From positions 1 through 39,686 of the IMG/VR virus record IMGVR_UViG_3300037755_000562: a stretch of 39,686 bases of DNA. One strand, 5' to 3'. Position 1 is the first letter of the stretch. Each line of letters starts with the position of its first letter. Under the pieces are notes generated by a model. That model was not told the origin of the DNA and did no database searches. It saw only the letters and a program-made list of their open reading frames with translations. Shown here piece after piece: positions 1 to 9,955 of the stretch. The position numbers and the translations under genes are program-made. Source of the stretch: a virus (Duplodnaviria > Caudoviricetes).

Positions 1-125
1 CTACGGAAAAGCCAGCTGAGCCTACGGAAAAGCCAGCTGAGCCTACGGAAAAGCCAGCTGAGCCTACGGAAAAGCCAGCTGAGCCTACGGAAAAGCCAGC
101 TGAGCCTACGGAAAAGCCAGCTGAG
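1..125 (+). repeat. 21-bp coding tandem repeat (CCTACGGAAAAGCCAGCTGAG) x6, encodes PTEKPAE
   Basis: Six perfect units (first lacks its first base), in frame with ORF 135..356. Confidence 0.95.
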
Positions 126-356
126 CCATCTGCGGTGGATGTTGGAGACGACACTTTGGCGGGAAGGCTGCACGGCGCTAAGACCGTGCAGGATGTGGTG
201 CGCGGCGTTGTCGAGGACGGGTCCGTAGAGAACGACTTCGCCAGTATCCTGGCGTGGTGCAAGGGCAACAAGGGAAGCATCCCACGGCTGTCTAAGTTGA
301 CAGAGGCCAAGTTCGATAGTGCCGTGAAGCGCGCCTACACGATGGTGTCCGCATGA
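3..356 (+). CDS. 5'-truncated hypothetical protein with PTEKPAE linker repeats
   Basis: Frame is open from the window edge through the repeat into ORF 135..356. Confidence 0.7.
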   Translation, partial: TEKPAEPTEKPAEPTEKPAEPTEKPAEPTEKPAEPTEKPAEPSAVDVGDDTLAGRLHGAKTVQDVVRGVVEDGSVENDFASILAWCKGNKGSIPRLSKLTEAKFDSAVKRAYTMVSA

Positions 357-369
357 GCATAACTAGGGA

Positions 370-648
370 GTGGCCAACCGCGCGGGCGGAGTACATAGAT
401 GGGTACAGGGACAAGAAACTGTGACCAGCATTTTCAGCAAAGAGAAGAATCGTGTTGTAGTAGGCAAGCCGCCGCGGCTTGACCTACTGCAGGCCTTGAT
501 GGCTGGGTCAGTTCCATTTTCTGTCTTGGTGTGCCGCGACTACTACCTACGATCAACCAGTAGGAGGATGATGGGCTGGCCCCAGTGGATGCGGGACTTA
601 AGCGAAAGTGACTTGAACGATAATCCTCGGCAAGATATGGAGTACTAG
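370..648 (+). CDS. hypothetical protein (start may be GTG 421)
   Basis: Co-oriented ORF ending 4 nt before the polymerase; no motif. Confidence 0.45.
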   Translation: MANRAGGVHRWVQGQETVTSIFSKEKNRVVVGKPPRLDLLQALMAGSVPFSVLVCRDYYLRSTSRRMMGWPQWMRDLSESDLNDNPRQDMEY

Positions 649-652
649 TTAG

Positions 653-3475
653 TTGCGGTCGCTTCCACTGTACCAGGACGACCTTCTCGCGGTTGAGAAG
701 GTGGACCCACGAGCGCAGAACCTGTCGTGCCGGGAGTGCGGCATGGGCGGCTCAGGTGCCGCCACGTGCATGTTCCCTAGGCAGTCAGGCAAGTCCGATG
801 TGATGGTCGTGGGGGAGTCTCCCGCCACATCTTACGCTCACGCGGGTGAGCCGTTCGCCGGCGGGGCTGAGCTCAAGGTACGCCGCAAGATCCTCAAGTA
901 CGGGAAGACGGTTACGTTCGACTACGCAGTCAAGTGCTCGGGCCGTCCTAAAGACCATTCCGAGGTGCAGTGTCGCCCGTATTTGTACAGGACGTTTCTG
1001 GACTGCTCCCCTGAGCGCGTTATTCTGATAGGGAAGACGGCGCAAAGAGCGTTCCTGGGACGCGCGTACAACGCAACCTTGGTGCGTAAAGGATATGTCA
1101 CTACCTATGACGGGGTGCCCGTGTTCTGTCTGCCGGATCTGTATGAGGTTGTAGACAACAAGGTTCTGAAACGGTGGTTCTCGGAGGACCTGGACTGGGC
1201 TATGACGGACGACACCACGCCCACGCCCTACGATGGTGTCTGCCGTATTGTGGAGACTGTGCACGACGCTAGGACCGCCTGCGAGATCATACGCGAACAC
1301 GGTGTAGCGGCGGTCGACGTCGAGACGTACGGGGATATGTATGGCCCCGAGTACAAGGTGGTGGTGCTAGCCGCGGCGTACCTAGGTGCTGATAGTGCCT
1401 GGGTATGGCCCGAGGAGGCTATGGTGGAGCCTGACCCTAGGTTAGAACCTCTGCGCGAACTCCTTGCGGAGGTTCCGATCGCTGCGCACTCCGCCGACAC
1501 GGAGTACAGGGCCATCGGCCGCTACTTCGGCGTAGATGTAGGCCTGAAGTACGACACCAAGGCCTCGAGCAAGTTGATGTACCCGGACGGGCCGGCCGAC
1601 CTTGACCTTGTGTCGGCGCACGTAGGCATGGGTGGTCACAAGCACGAGGCAGCCATTGACCTTGCCGTAAAGGGCAAGGTACTAGCGGGCCTGCGCAATG
1701 CGGCCAACAAGCCTGTCGTCACGGAGTGGGGCATAGAGATACGCATCGACAAGAACGGGCGCAAGTCTAGGCGGAATGTCCCGAAGGAGACTAGGGAGCC
1801 CGCTCTGTCCGAGCAGATAGAGCAGATCCGAGTGGCCTGGGATAAGCCTAGGACGATCAACAAGCAGAAGGACACGTACAAGAACCTAGCCAACTGTGAG
1901 TTGACTGAGGACTGGATAAACGCCGCGCTCAGCAGCTCTCACGTTAAGACGTACACGTACGGGCTCATGGACAGGGAATTGTGCATGCGATACTGCGCGC
2001 TGGACGCAGTGGTGTGTGCTAAGAAGGTGCTACGAGATGATGCCATTTACGCCGTCAAGGAGATGGCGCCCATACGTCAGACGTACCACGAGATCATCAT
2101 ACCAATAACGAGTGTGGCGGCGCGTATGATGAACAACGGCCTGCTAATAGACCAGGACGCTCTCGGCACGTTCGAGTCTTTCCTAGACGACAAGATCTCA
2201 GAGTACGCTGCCAAGATAGATGAGTACTGCCCCGGCATAAACCCTGGCAGCGATGACCAGGTGAGAAAGTTCCTGTACGAACCCAAGGCCCTAGGAGGGT
2301 TGGGTCTCCCCATTCTGAAGAAGACAAAAGGAGGCAAGACTGGTACTAACAAGAAGCCAGCGGTTGATGGCACCACGCTAGGTAAACTGAAGGACGAGCA
2401 TCCAGTAGTCGAGTTGTTGGCCAGTTACGCCGAGGTGACCAAGCTGCAGTCCAACTACGCTCGAGGTCTACGCCCGCACATAGCTGACGACGGACGCATA
2501 CACTGCTACCTGAACGTGACGGGCGCAGGGACGGGACGTTGGACTTGCTCCAAGCCTAACATGCAGACTTTGCCTTCGCGTAAGCAGTACTCGAAGATGG
2601 CCAAGATGCTGTACGTTGCGCCTACCGGGTACAAACTGGTGGCGCACGACTTCAGCACGTTGGAGGTTCGCGTCGCGGCCCACAGGTCCGGCGACAAAGT
2701 CATGTTGGAGTTGCTCAATACCAAGGACTCCAGAGGCAACTACCTCGACTTTCACCTGGAAACAGCCAAGGGTATATCCCCGCTAGTCTGGGGAAACTCG
2801 TTGCAGGACTGTGGCTTTGGCTACACGTTCGATAGTTTGCGGCGCGAACTTGGTAGCGAGGAGGCAGCACAGGCAGACCTTCGCTGGAAGGTTTTGGCTG
2901 ACGAGATATCACGGCGCCGTAGCGTGGCCAAGCAGATTAACTTCTCGCTGATCTACGGCCAGGGCACCGACACGCTTGCTGAGAGTATAGGCTGCTCTAC
3001 GGATGAGGCTGAGAGAGCCAAGGAGGCTATCCTGGGCAGGTTCAAGCAATTTCGAGACTGGATGGCGGCACAGGTGCGCGCGGCTCACAAGGACGGCGGT
3101 GTGTGGGCCATGTGGCACGACAGGCGGTCACGGTTCCGCCACTTGCCTGACGTGGGCTACAGCGACAGGGTGCGCCAGGGCCACGGGGAGCGCTGCGCTT
3201 TCAACGCGCCTGTCCAAGGGGAGGGGTCCGACTTCAACACGACCGCGCTGATCGAGATCGATAGGTGGCTAAAGGAGTCTGACTTCGACGCGCAACTAGT
3301 CCTGGCCGTGCATGACTCTAACTTGGCCGAGGTTAGGGAGGACCTGGTAGAGGAGTACTCCAGGAATGTGTCGAGAATCATGTCCGACCATCCCGGCTAT
3401 AGCGTGCCCATTCTGGCCGATGCCGACGCAGGAAGCGCATACGGCGCTATGGAGAAGTTGGTGCTGGCGGCATAA
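653..3475 (+). CDS. polA: family A DNA polymerase with N-terminal family-4 UDG-like domain and 3'-5' exonuclease domain
   Basis: TGRWTCSKPNMQTLP, motif A DFSTLEVR, motif B RSVAKQINFSLIYG, NAPVQG, motif C VHDS; exo AVDVET and YCALD; N-terminal CRECG, VVGESP, PFAG, AVKC, CRPYL resemble Fe-S family-4 UDG. Confidence 0.93.
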   Translation: MRSLPLYQDDLLAVEKVDPRAQNLSCRECGMGGSGAATCMFPRQSGKSDVMVVGESPATSYAHAGEPFAGGAELKVRRKILKYGKTVTFDYAVKCSGRPKDHSEVQCRPYLYRTFLDCSPERVILIGKTAQRAFLGRAYNATLVRKGYVTTYDGVPVFCLPDLYEVVDNKVLKRWFSEDLDWAMTDDTTPTPYDGVCRIVETVHDARTACEIIREHGVAAVDVETYGDMYGPEYKVVVLAAAYLGADSAWVWPEEAMVEPDPRLEPLRELLAEVPIAAHSADTEYRAIGRYFGVDVGLKYDTKASSKLMYPDGPADLDLVSAHVGMGGHKHEAAIDLAVKGKVLAGLRNAANKPVVTEWGIEIRIDKNGRKSRRNVPKETREPALSEQIEQIRVAWDKPRTINKQKDTYKNLANCELTEDWINAALSSSHVKTYTYGLMDRELCMRYCALDAVVCAKKVLRDDAIYAVKEMAPIRQTYHEIIIPITSVAARMMNNGLLIDQDALGTFESFLDDKISEYAAKIDEYCPGINPGSDDQVRKFLYEPKALGGLGLPILKKTKGGKTGTNKKPAVDGTTLGKLKDEHPVVELLASYAEVTKLQSNYARGLRPHIADDGRIHCYLNVTGAGTGRWTCSKPNMQTLPSRKQYSKMAKMLYVAPTGYKLVAHDFSTLEVRVAAHRSGDKVMLELLNTKDSRGNYLDFHLETAKGISPLVWGNSLQDCGFGYTFDSLRRELGSEEAAQADLRWKVLADEISRRRSVAKQINFSLIYGQGTDTLAESIGCSTDEAERAKEAILGRFKQFRDWMAAQVRAAHKDGGVWAMWHDRRSRFRHLPDVGYSDRVRQGHGERCAFNAPVQGEGSDFNTTALIEIDRWLKESDFDAQLVLAVHDSNLAEVREDLVEEYSRNVSRIMSDHPGYSVPILADADAGSAYGAMEKLVLAA

Positions 3476-3515
3476 GTAAGCTGGAGAAGTACGTCAGGAA
3501 CAGGAGACGTCAACC

Positions 3516-3974
3516 ATGAGGAACCGGTGGCCAAAAGAAATGCCATATTACGGGCCCAGCAACTTCGCGCATGAAGGCTGGTGTGTCGCAAATGAAGGCT
3601 GGTGTGTCGCAACTGACGGGGGCGTTGTCGCCCGGGTACCACCAAAAGACCTTGAGGCGAAAGGCTGCGGCTCTACGTGTTGCTTGGTCGGAGCGGTGCG
3701 CCACGCGTTTGGGTTGCCTGCCTATCCCGGTAGCGGAGGACCACTGCCAGAGCAAGGCAAGAAGTTTCTGCGGAAGGTGTGCGAGAACCTGGGCCGGCCA
3801 ATTCCGGAGGACACTTTTGACGTTGAGTTTGCGGCCTCGGACGCCTTTGAGGGCAACGCGCACAATACGGGGACGGTGCCTGATTTTCAACACCTAAGCG
3901 AGATCACACCAGCGCAAGCCTCTCGAGCATACCGCAAGGCGCTGCAGCACTTTGGTTATACAGAGGATGCGTAG
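3516..3974 (+). CDS. hypothetical protein
   Basis: AGGAG RBS upstream; internal 21-bp duplication at 3571-3612 (EGWCVA twice). Confidence 0.65.
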   Translation: MRNRWPKEMPYYGPSNFAHEGWCVANEGWCVATDGGVVARVPPKDLEAKGCGSTCCLVGAVRHAFGLPAYPGSGGPLPEQGKKFLRKVCENLGRPIPEDTFDVEFAASDAFEGNAHNTGTVPDFQHLSEITPAQASRAYRKALQHFGYTEDA

Positions 3975-4260
3975 TATGATCGTATCGTTCGTCGTAGGGC
4001 TAGTGACGGTCGCTATACTGCTTTCGCTATTCCTAGGCGTTGGACTAGCGACTTACCACACAGTGTGCGTCGTGGCTGAGTGCGGTTACGCTCAACCTAG
4101 CTACGGAGGCATAGTTACAGTAGGCGCCCTGGTTACAGCCGCGGTACTGTTAGTGGCTGTTGCCGTAGGCGCGCTAGGAGAGTTAGTTCTGGCAGCGATC
4201 AGAAGTGTGCCCAACAAGGACAGTACGCGTGGCGAAAATACACGGCGAAGAATTTCCTGA
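3967..4260 (+). CDS. hypothetical membrane protein (2 TM)
   Basis: Two long hydrophobic stretches; overlaps neighbours. Confidence 0.65.
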   Translation: MRSMIVSFVVGLVTVAILLSLFLGVGLATYHTVCVVAECGYAQPSYGGIVTVGALVTAAVLLVAVAVGALGELVLAAIRSVPNKDSTRGENTRRRIS

Positions 4261-4654
4261 TCTTTTAGTAGACTCTGTAACTATAGACGACAGCGATCTG
4301 ACGTCTGAGTACTGCAGGTTGCCTAGTGACATGGCTTACTTTGCGCGGCGCCTGGCCGAGACAGAGGAAACTTTCCTTTGCCGCAAAGCTGAGTTAACCC
4401 AAGCGCAGTCGGAGGGCTACGTGGCAGAGGTCAGGCTAGCGGCATCCAACGGCAAGAAGAAGCCCAGCGACGTACTCATACAGGCGTCAGTGGAATGCCT
4501 GGAGACAGTGCGCCAGGCTCACTGGGCACTGGCGGATGCAGCGCGAGAGCGCAAGGAACTCCAAGGAATCCTTGACGCTATCTCTGCCAAGAGAGACATG
4601 CTAGTGCAACTAGGCGCCGCCCGTCGGCAAGAGATGAAAGCAGGGATAGCGTAA
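4229..4654 (+). CDS. UvsY-like recombination mediator protein
   Basis: About 140 aa helical protein (IDDSDLTSEYCRLP...KPSDVLIQASV...LDAISAKRDMLVQLG) recalling phage UvsY-like proteins; directly upstream of SSB and RecA; GTG with AAGGA RBS. Confidence 0.6.
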   Translation: MAKIHGEEFPDLLVDSVTIDDSDLTSEYCRLPSDMAYFARRLAETEETFLCRKAELTQAQSEGYVAEVRLAASNGKKKPSDVLIQASVECLETVRQAHWALADAARERKELQGILDAISAKRDMLVQLGAARRQEMKAGIA

Positions 4655-4681
4655 GTAGCCGCTTCCAGTAAGGGTGCAGAG

Positions 4682-5554
4682 ATGACAGACAACTTTTCAG
4701 AGTACAGCATTCTAGACAACGTCGACGCCGTCGACGATGCAGCCGCGGCATCAGACGAGGCCACTACTCCTATTCTGAAGCTGAAGAATCCCGGGCACAT
4801 CTACCGCTATCGACTTCTGCCCCCGAGCCCGGCGTGGGCAGAGTTCTTCAACGCTAAGAAGCTGCGGCCTACGCCGTTCTTCTTCTACTGGAAGCACCTG
4901 TACCAGGATCCAGAGACAAGCCGTTGGATCTCGTACGCCTGTCCGCGGCGTAACCCAGGGGCCAAGCGAGACTGCCTTGACTGCGAGCGTGCGTTTGCCC
5001 TCTTCGCAACCGGGAAGCCGGCAGACAGGAAAATGGGAAAGCAGGTTTCAGCCAGCCGTAGTGTGGTCTTCTGTGCCATCGACCGGGAGGATGAGGATGC
5101 AGGTCCCAAGATCGTGGAGCTGTCCGCTCCGTACACGAACGACCCCGATAAGCTGAAGGATATGCCACTCACTCAGTGGCAGAAGCTCGAGAAGTTGTTC
5201 CGTATCTACAGGAAGGACATCGTGGACCCTAGCGAGAAGGGTTGGGACGTCACTACGCTACGCGAGGGTAGCGGCGAGCAGGGTACGTCGTACGATTTTC
5301 AGACCGCAGATGCGCCTTGCCCGCTCAGCCTTGACCCAGAACAGGTCAAGGACTGGATCCTTGCGCAGCCGGACTTGCCGCGGCGTATCGCGGTACTATC
5401 CGACGACGAGATTCGGCGCAAGCTACGGCTACCCCCCGTCGGCGGGACTGTGTCGCAGGTGGACCCCGGCCGGCAGCTTCCTGCCGGACCCGCGGGTGAG
5501 ACCGCGGGCGACATCATCGACGCTGAGCTAGCCGGTGATGATGACGACTGGTAG
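4682..5554 (+). CDS. T4 gp32-like single-stranded DNA-binding protein
   Basis: RLLPP, H..CP..CxxC zinc ligands, DP..GWDV..REG..TSY, acidic tail DDDDW. Confidence 0.75.
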   Translation: MTDNFSEYSILDNVDAVDDAAAASDEATTPILKLKNPGHIYRYRLLPPSPAWAEFFNAKKLRPTPFFFYWKHLYQDPETSRWISYACPRRNPGAKRDCLDCERAFALFATGKPADRKMGKQVSASRSVVFCAIDREDEDAGPKIVELSAPYTNDPDKLKDMPLTQWQKLEKLFRIYRKDIVDPSEKGWDVTTLREGSGEQGTSYDFQTADAPCPLSLDPEQVKDWILAQPDLPRRIAVLSDDEIRRKLRLPPVGGTVSQVDPGRQLPAGPAGETAGDIIDAELAGDDDDW

Positions 5555-5670
5555 GGCCAGAAAGTTTGTGCCAAAAACGGGCACAGACTCTTGGACTATA
5601 CTTAGCTTGTGCCAGGACTCCTGCACAGGACACCCAGCCGGCCGGGTGTGAAAGGCCGGTACCTTTACGT

Positions 5671-6654
5671 ATGGCGAAGACCAAGAAAAAAGAGACAGCG
5701 TGCACTAGCGTGCTGGACGCGATCAACAAGAAGTACCCCGGCGCTATCTCCGGGGAGACTCGCGCGGTTGACGTGGTGAGCACCGGGTCTGTTAGGCTGG
5801 ACAAGGCCTTAGGCGTGGGTGGGTGGCCGCGTGGACGCATCTCCGAAGTGTACGGGATCGAGTCCAGCGGCAAGACAACGCTGTGCCTGCATGCCGTAGC
5901 GGAGGCGCAGAAGGCGGGTCTACGTTGCGCGTACATAGACGCCGAGCACTCCATGGACACAGCGTACGCCGCGGCTATCGGGGTTGACGTTGACGCGCTG
6001 ATCCTGAATCAACCAGATTACGGAGAACAGGGCCTCGAGATCTGCGACATGATCGTGCAGTCAGGTGAGTTCGGCCTGGTCGTGGTGGACTCCGTTGCCG
6101 CCTTGTCCCCCAAGGCGGAACTAGACGGAGAGGTCGGAGACTCCCACGTTGGCCTCCAGGCGAGAATGATGTCTCAGGCACTTCGGAAGATGACAGCAGC
6201 AGCCCACAGGGGTAACTGCGCGATCATATTCATAAATCAGCTTAGAGCAAAAATAGGCGGGATGGGATTTGGGCCAAAAACCACCACCAGCGGAGGTAAC
6301 GCACTCCGGTATTACGCTTCTGTGCGCGCTGACATCAGGCGTATCGGTAGTGTTAAGAGCGGAGAGACTGTGGTGGCTAACCGCACCCTCGTGAAAGTGG
6401 CCAAGAACAAGGTGTCGTCCCCGTATAAGGAGTGTGAGTTCGACATAGCGTTCGGCACCGGCATAGACAAGGCCGGGGAACTTTTTGAGATGGCCATAGA
6501 TGCGGGTGTAGTGAAACAGTCTGGGTCATGGTTCTCGTACGGAGAGACCAAGCTTGGCCAAGGACAGGTCAACGCCAAGGAGGCGTTGGTTGCTGACGCT
6601 GGGTTGATGGCTGCTGTTGTCGATGCTGTCAAAGGACACCCCAATTGTGACTAA
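5671..6654 (+). CDS. recA: RecA recombinase (bacterial type)
   Basis: GIESSGKTT Walker A, DAEH, VDSVAAL, ARMMSQALRK, IFINQLR, GGNALRYYASVR, KNKV. Confidence 0.97.
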   Translation: MAKTKKKETACTSVLDAINKKYPGAISGETRAVDVVSTGSVRLDKALGVGGWPRGRISEVYGIESSGKTTLCLHAVAEAQKAGLRCAYIDAEHSMDTAYAAAIGVDVDALILNQPDYGEQGLEICDMIVQSGEFGLVVVDSVAALSPKAELDGEVGDSHVGLQARMMSQALRKMTAAAHRGNCAIIFINQLRAKIGGMGFGPKTTTSGGNALRYYASVRADIRRIGSVKSGETVVANRTLVKVAKNKVSSPYKECEFDIAFGTGIDKAGELFEMAIDAGVVKQSGSWFSYGETKLGQGQVNAKEALVADAGLMAAVVDAVKGHPNCD

Positions 6655-6844
6655 GTTGCAGGAACACTACTTACATGACCTTCGCCCAGTACGCACAGAG
6701 GTTTTGTGCGACTGGAAGTGGGGTACGTGGGAGCGCTGGTACTACAAGACTCTGAGCGGCCCCCTGGCGCTAGACTTCAAGTTTCATACGTATGAGGGGG
6801 TGCAGGGCGCCGTGGGGCCGTTTATACCAGGATCTCCGAGATGA
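6647..6844 (+). CDS. hypothetical protein
   Basis: GTG with AAAGGA RBS; ATGA overlap with next gene. Confidence 0.55.
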   Translation: MTKLQEHYLHDLRPVRTEVLCDWKWGTWERWYYKTLSGPLALDFKFHTYEGVQGAVGPFIPGSPR

Positions 6845-7893
6845 ACCGCAACGGCCTGTACCTTATTGCTGACGTGCACCTAGGGAACCACCACCGCCTT
6901 CAGAAGATTGGCGGAGTATTTCAGGCTGGTCTGAACGCGCGCGCCCGGGAGATCCGGGATGTCCTGGCCAATGCCTGCCATACTGTCGGTGGCGGGCAGT
7001 TGGTCGTTGCCGGAGACCTGTTTGACACGGCAGACCCAATACCAGAACTAGTGTCTGCCGCCATGGACCATCTGCCGGAGGGGACCGTACTCATACCCGG
7101 AAACCACGACCAGACATCGTGGGACGCGGGGCACAACGCACTTGGACCCCTAGCGAACGGCGGGCACTACGTATGGGAAAGACCGGCCGCTCTAGATGCG
7201 GGGGGAGGTCTTGCGATTGTAGTTGTGCCGTTCCGAAACAGCCCCACAGCGCAATATCTAAGGGATTCTCTGGACGGGTTGGACGTACCTGCGGCTGAAC
7301 GAACCTTGCTCGTGGGCCATTTCGGTATCGAGGACGGCAAGACACCGGCTTATCTGCACGGGAGTCGCACAAGCGTGGGTCTGGCAGAACTCGTGAAGAT
7401 CCTAGGCGAGTACGGGATTGACGACTGCGCCGCGGGGGACTGGCACGAGCACAAGATGTGGCAGTTAGGCGGGCATCGAGTCACTCAGATAGGCGCGCTG
7501 GCCCCCACCGGTTGGGACAACCCAGGGCTAAAGGGATACGGCAGCCTGATCAAGTGGGACGCTGAGGGCTTTCACAGGCAGGAGGTGCCAGGCCCCCGTT
7601 TCGTGGCCGACATTGTAGCTGAGTCTCCGCCTGGCTACAGGTACTACCGCCGGGTCACCGTAAAGGACGTCAAGGAGGCCAGGGCGTATAAGGACGTGGA
7701 AGACACGGAGGTGGTTTTTGACCGTAAGGCGGTAGCCGAGGCCAGCAAGAAAGCCGCGGTCTCTGTGAGGAGTACAGCCAACCTGAGCGAGCGTATACAG
7801 GTCTACTGCCAGGAAACTTTGTCCTCAAGCATGGCCCCGCTAGTCCAGGAAGCGGTGCTCAGCTGCGTAGCGGAGGCGAGAAAGTCGTCATGA
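6841..7893 (+). CDS. SbcD/Mre11/gp47-like metallophosphoesterase nuclease
   Basis: ADVHLG, AGDLFD, PGNHD, GH, GDWH motifs; coupled to an SbcC-like gene. Confidence 0.9.
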   Translation: MNRNGLYLIADVHLGNHHRLQKIGGVFQAGLNARAREIRDVLANACHTVGGGQLVVAGDLFDTADPIPELVSAAMDHLPEGTVLIPGNHDQTSWDAGHNALGPLANGGHYVWERPAALDAGGGLAIVVVPFRNSPTAQYLRDSLDGLDVPAAERTLLVGHFGIEDGKTPAYLHGSRTSVGLAELVKILGEYGIDDCAAGDWHEHKMWQLGGHRVTQIGALAPTGWDNPGLKGYGSLIKWDAEGFHRQEVPGPRFVADIVAESPPGYRYYRRVTVKDVKEARAYKDVEDTEVVFDRKAVAEASKKAAVSVRSTANLSERIQVYCQETLSSSMAPLVQEAVLSCVAEARKSS

Positions 7894-9596
7894 AGGTAGC
7901 AAGCGCAGAACTGAATGGAGTAACTACGCACGTTAGTACCGTACTGAATTTGCCGGACAAGGGGCTGGTGCTAATTACGGGAACGAACGGGTCCGGCAAG
8001 TCCAGCTTTCTGTCTGCCGTAGCGCATACAGTGTGGGGAAAGTCTCTCTCAGGAGCCAAGCTGTGGAGCGGCAAGAAGGGCTACACCGCGGCGAGCATCG
8101 ACGGGGTTCGCTACCAGAGATCTCAGAAGAAGCCCAAGATCACCTGGGAAGGGGCTGCGGACTACGAGTCTGACAAGCATGCCCAAGACGAGTTGAACAA
8201 CAGGTTCGGGGAGTTCTCGCACTGGCGCAGGTCGTGCGTAATTTCCAGTACGGATGTGGACTCGTTCGCCACCGCCACCGACGCTGAGCGCAAGCGTTTC
8301 CTGGAGGACGTGGCGGGCTCCGCGCTACTGGAACGCGCACATCGCGTGGCCCTGGACAGTGTCCAAACCACCGACTCCTCGTTGAAGCACGAGCTCGCTG
8401 CGGCCAGTTCCTATGCTAGTTCGGTCGCTAGGCTGGAGTCTTTGCTGTCGTCGAAGCTTCCAGAGATGCCAGCGGACCTCGAGGAGTACACAGATATACC
8501 TGACCCTGATGTGGACAAGGAGCGCAAGTCTGCCTTGGAGGCGCGTGTGCGCGAGATCCAGCAGGTGGCGCGTACAGCGCAGAGAGACATGGACGACTTG
8601 AGCCGGGCCATGCAGCGGGCTAAGTCAGATGGCGAAGCCGCCAGGAAACGCGCAGAGGAGGCGCAGACATCCCTGGATAAGGCGCACGATGGGGAGTGCC
8701 CAACGTGCGGACAGACCCTTCCGGCCCCCGAGCGGTTGATCACGAAGTTCCAGACCGACATGGACAGTGCCAAAGCGTTGTTGGCCGAGTGCCGTATCAA
8801 GTACGCCGCGGCCAAGGAGGAGGCAACAGAAGTAAAGGAGGATTTTACTTCCTTGCAGGGCACGGTGGCCGAGGTCAATGCGGAGTTGCAGGAGATCACC
8901 GCGTTAGAAAGGGAGTGGCGGGCCAGGCAGGCTGCACAGAAGCGGGCTGACGCGGAAGTGCGGCGGGCCCAACAGGCCGTGCAGGCCGCGCACGAGCAGC
9001 GCGCTAAAGCCGAAGCTCAACTGCGCGAAATACGCGAGTTGTCCAGTGAATCCGCGGACAAGGTACGCGGGTTGGAGGACAGCCTGGAGGTGGCCAAGCA
9101 AGCCGCCAAGGTTCTGTCCACCAAAGGCGTGCGCGCCCACATTTTGGACGACTTGATCAGGGCCATTCAGGACGAGGCTAACACTTGGCTGGCCGTGATC
9201 TGCGGAGACCGGTTGAGCCTTGAGTTGCGCGCCTTCGGCGAGAAGGCAGACGGAGGAGTGAAGTCCGAGGTCAGTTTTGCTGTGAGTGGAGCAGGCGGCG
9301 GGCACGGTTACAAGGCGAGTTCCGGAGGAGAGCGCCGGCGGATAGACATCGCCATCACTCTGGCTCTGGCGCTCGTATCCGAGGCATCCTCGGGCCGCGA
9401 CGGGTCCACCATATGGCTTGACGAGCCACTGGACTCTCTTGACCAGGAGGGCGTGGACGCTGTCATGCAGGCGCTCAGGTCCCTAGCAAAAGACCGTTGC
9501 GTTGTACTGATCTCCCACGCCGACGTAGACAAGGTTGACCAGTGGTGGCGCGTAGAGCGCTCGGGTGATAAAGCGTCTCTGGTGCGTGTCCACTAG
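7890..9596 (+). CDS. SbcC/Rad50/gp46-like ATPase
   Basis: Walker A GTNGSGKS, coiled coil with CPTCG zinc hook, SGGE signature, WLDEP, ISH. Confidence 0.92.
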   Translation: MKVASAELNGVTTHVSTVLNLPDKGLVLITGTNGSGKSSFLSAVAHTVWGKSLSGAKLWSGKKGYTAASIDGVRYQRSQKKPKITWEGAADYESDKHAQDELNNRFGEFSHWRRSCVISSTDVDSFATATDAERKRFLEDVAGSALLERAHRVALDSVQTTDSSLKHELAAASSYASSVARLESLLSSKLPEMPADLEEYTDIPDPDVDKERKSALEARVREIQQVARTAQRDMDDLSRAMQRAKSDGEAARKRAEEAQTSLDKAHDGECPTCGQTLPAPERLITKFQTDMDSAKALLAECRIKYAAAKEEATEVKEDFTSLQGTVAEVNAELQEITALEREWRARQAAQKRADAEVRRAQQAVQAAHEQRAKAEAQLREIRELSSESADKVRGLEDSLEVAKQAAKVLSTKGVRAHILDDLIRAIQDEANTWLAVICGDRLSLELRAFGEKADGGVKSEVSFAVSGAGGGHGYKASSGGERRRIDIAITLALALVSEASSGRDGSTIWLDEPLDSLDQEGVDAVMQALRSLAKDRCVVLISHADVDKVDQWWRVERSGDKASLVRVH

Positions 9597-9637
9597 AAAC
9601 TTGCCGTCCGTTAGATGGCCGTGCTAAGCCTGGCCTA

Positions 9638-9952
9638 TTGTCTGACTACGGAACAGTATGGATCTTTATCCAAAGGCCCGACGAGCACAGGCCAGAGTTA
9701 CTGACCCTAGATGAGTACTTGAACGCGCGCGGGCCCCACACGCGTTTGAAGGTCACGCGCTCGCTTAGAGAGATGGTGGAGTTCCATGCGCGGCGAGTAG
9801 GGTTGGCGGACCGTCGCAAGGTGTCGGAGAAGGAGCTTGACCGCATGACCAAGAGTTTGGACCGGGTGAAGGGCAAGGACGACTACGGGCCAGACCGCGA
9901 AGCTTGGGACCTTGTCGACGATATGAAGAAGGGTTCATACCCGTTCGTGTGA
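9638..9952 (+). CDS. hypothetical protein
   Basis: Co-oriented gap-filling ORF. Confidence 0.6.
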   Translation: MSDYGTVWIFIQRPDEHRPELLTLDEYLNARGPHTRLKVTRSLREMVEFHARRVGLADRRKVSEKELDRMTKSLDRVKGKDDYGPDREAWDLVDDMKKGSYPFV

Positions 9953-9955
9953 GCC

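Noticed and set aside
1-125. 21-bp repeat as CRISPR or iteron array
   Set aside because: No spacers; unit is a multiple of 3 and in frame with the CDS (PTEKPAE linker).
1640-1960. PolA insertion as an intein
   Set aside because: No C/S start with HN-C/S/T end and no LAGLIDADG motif seen.
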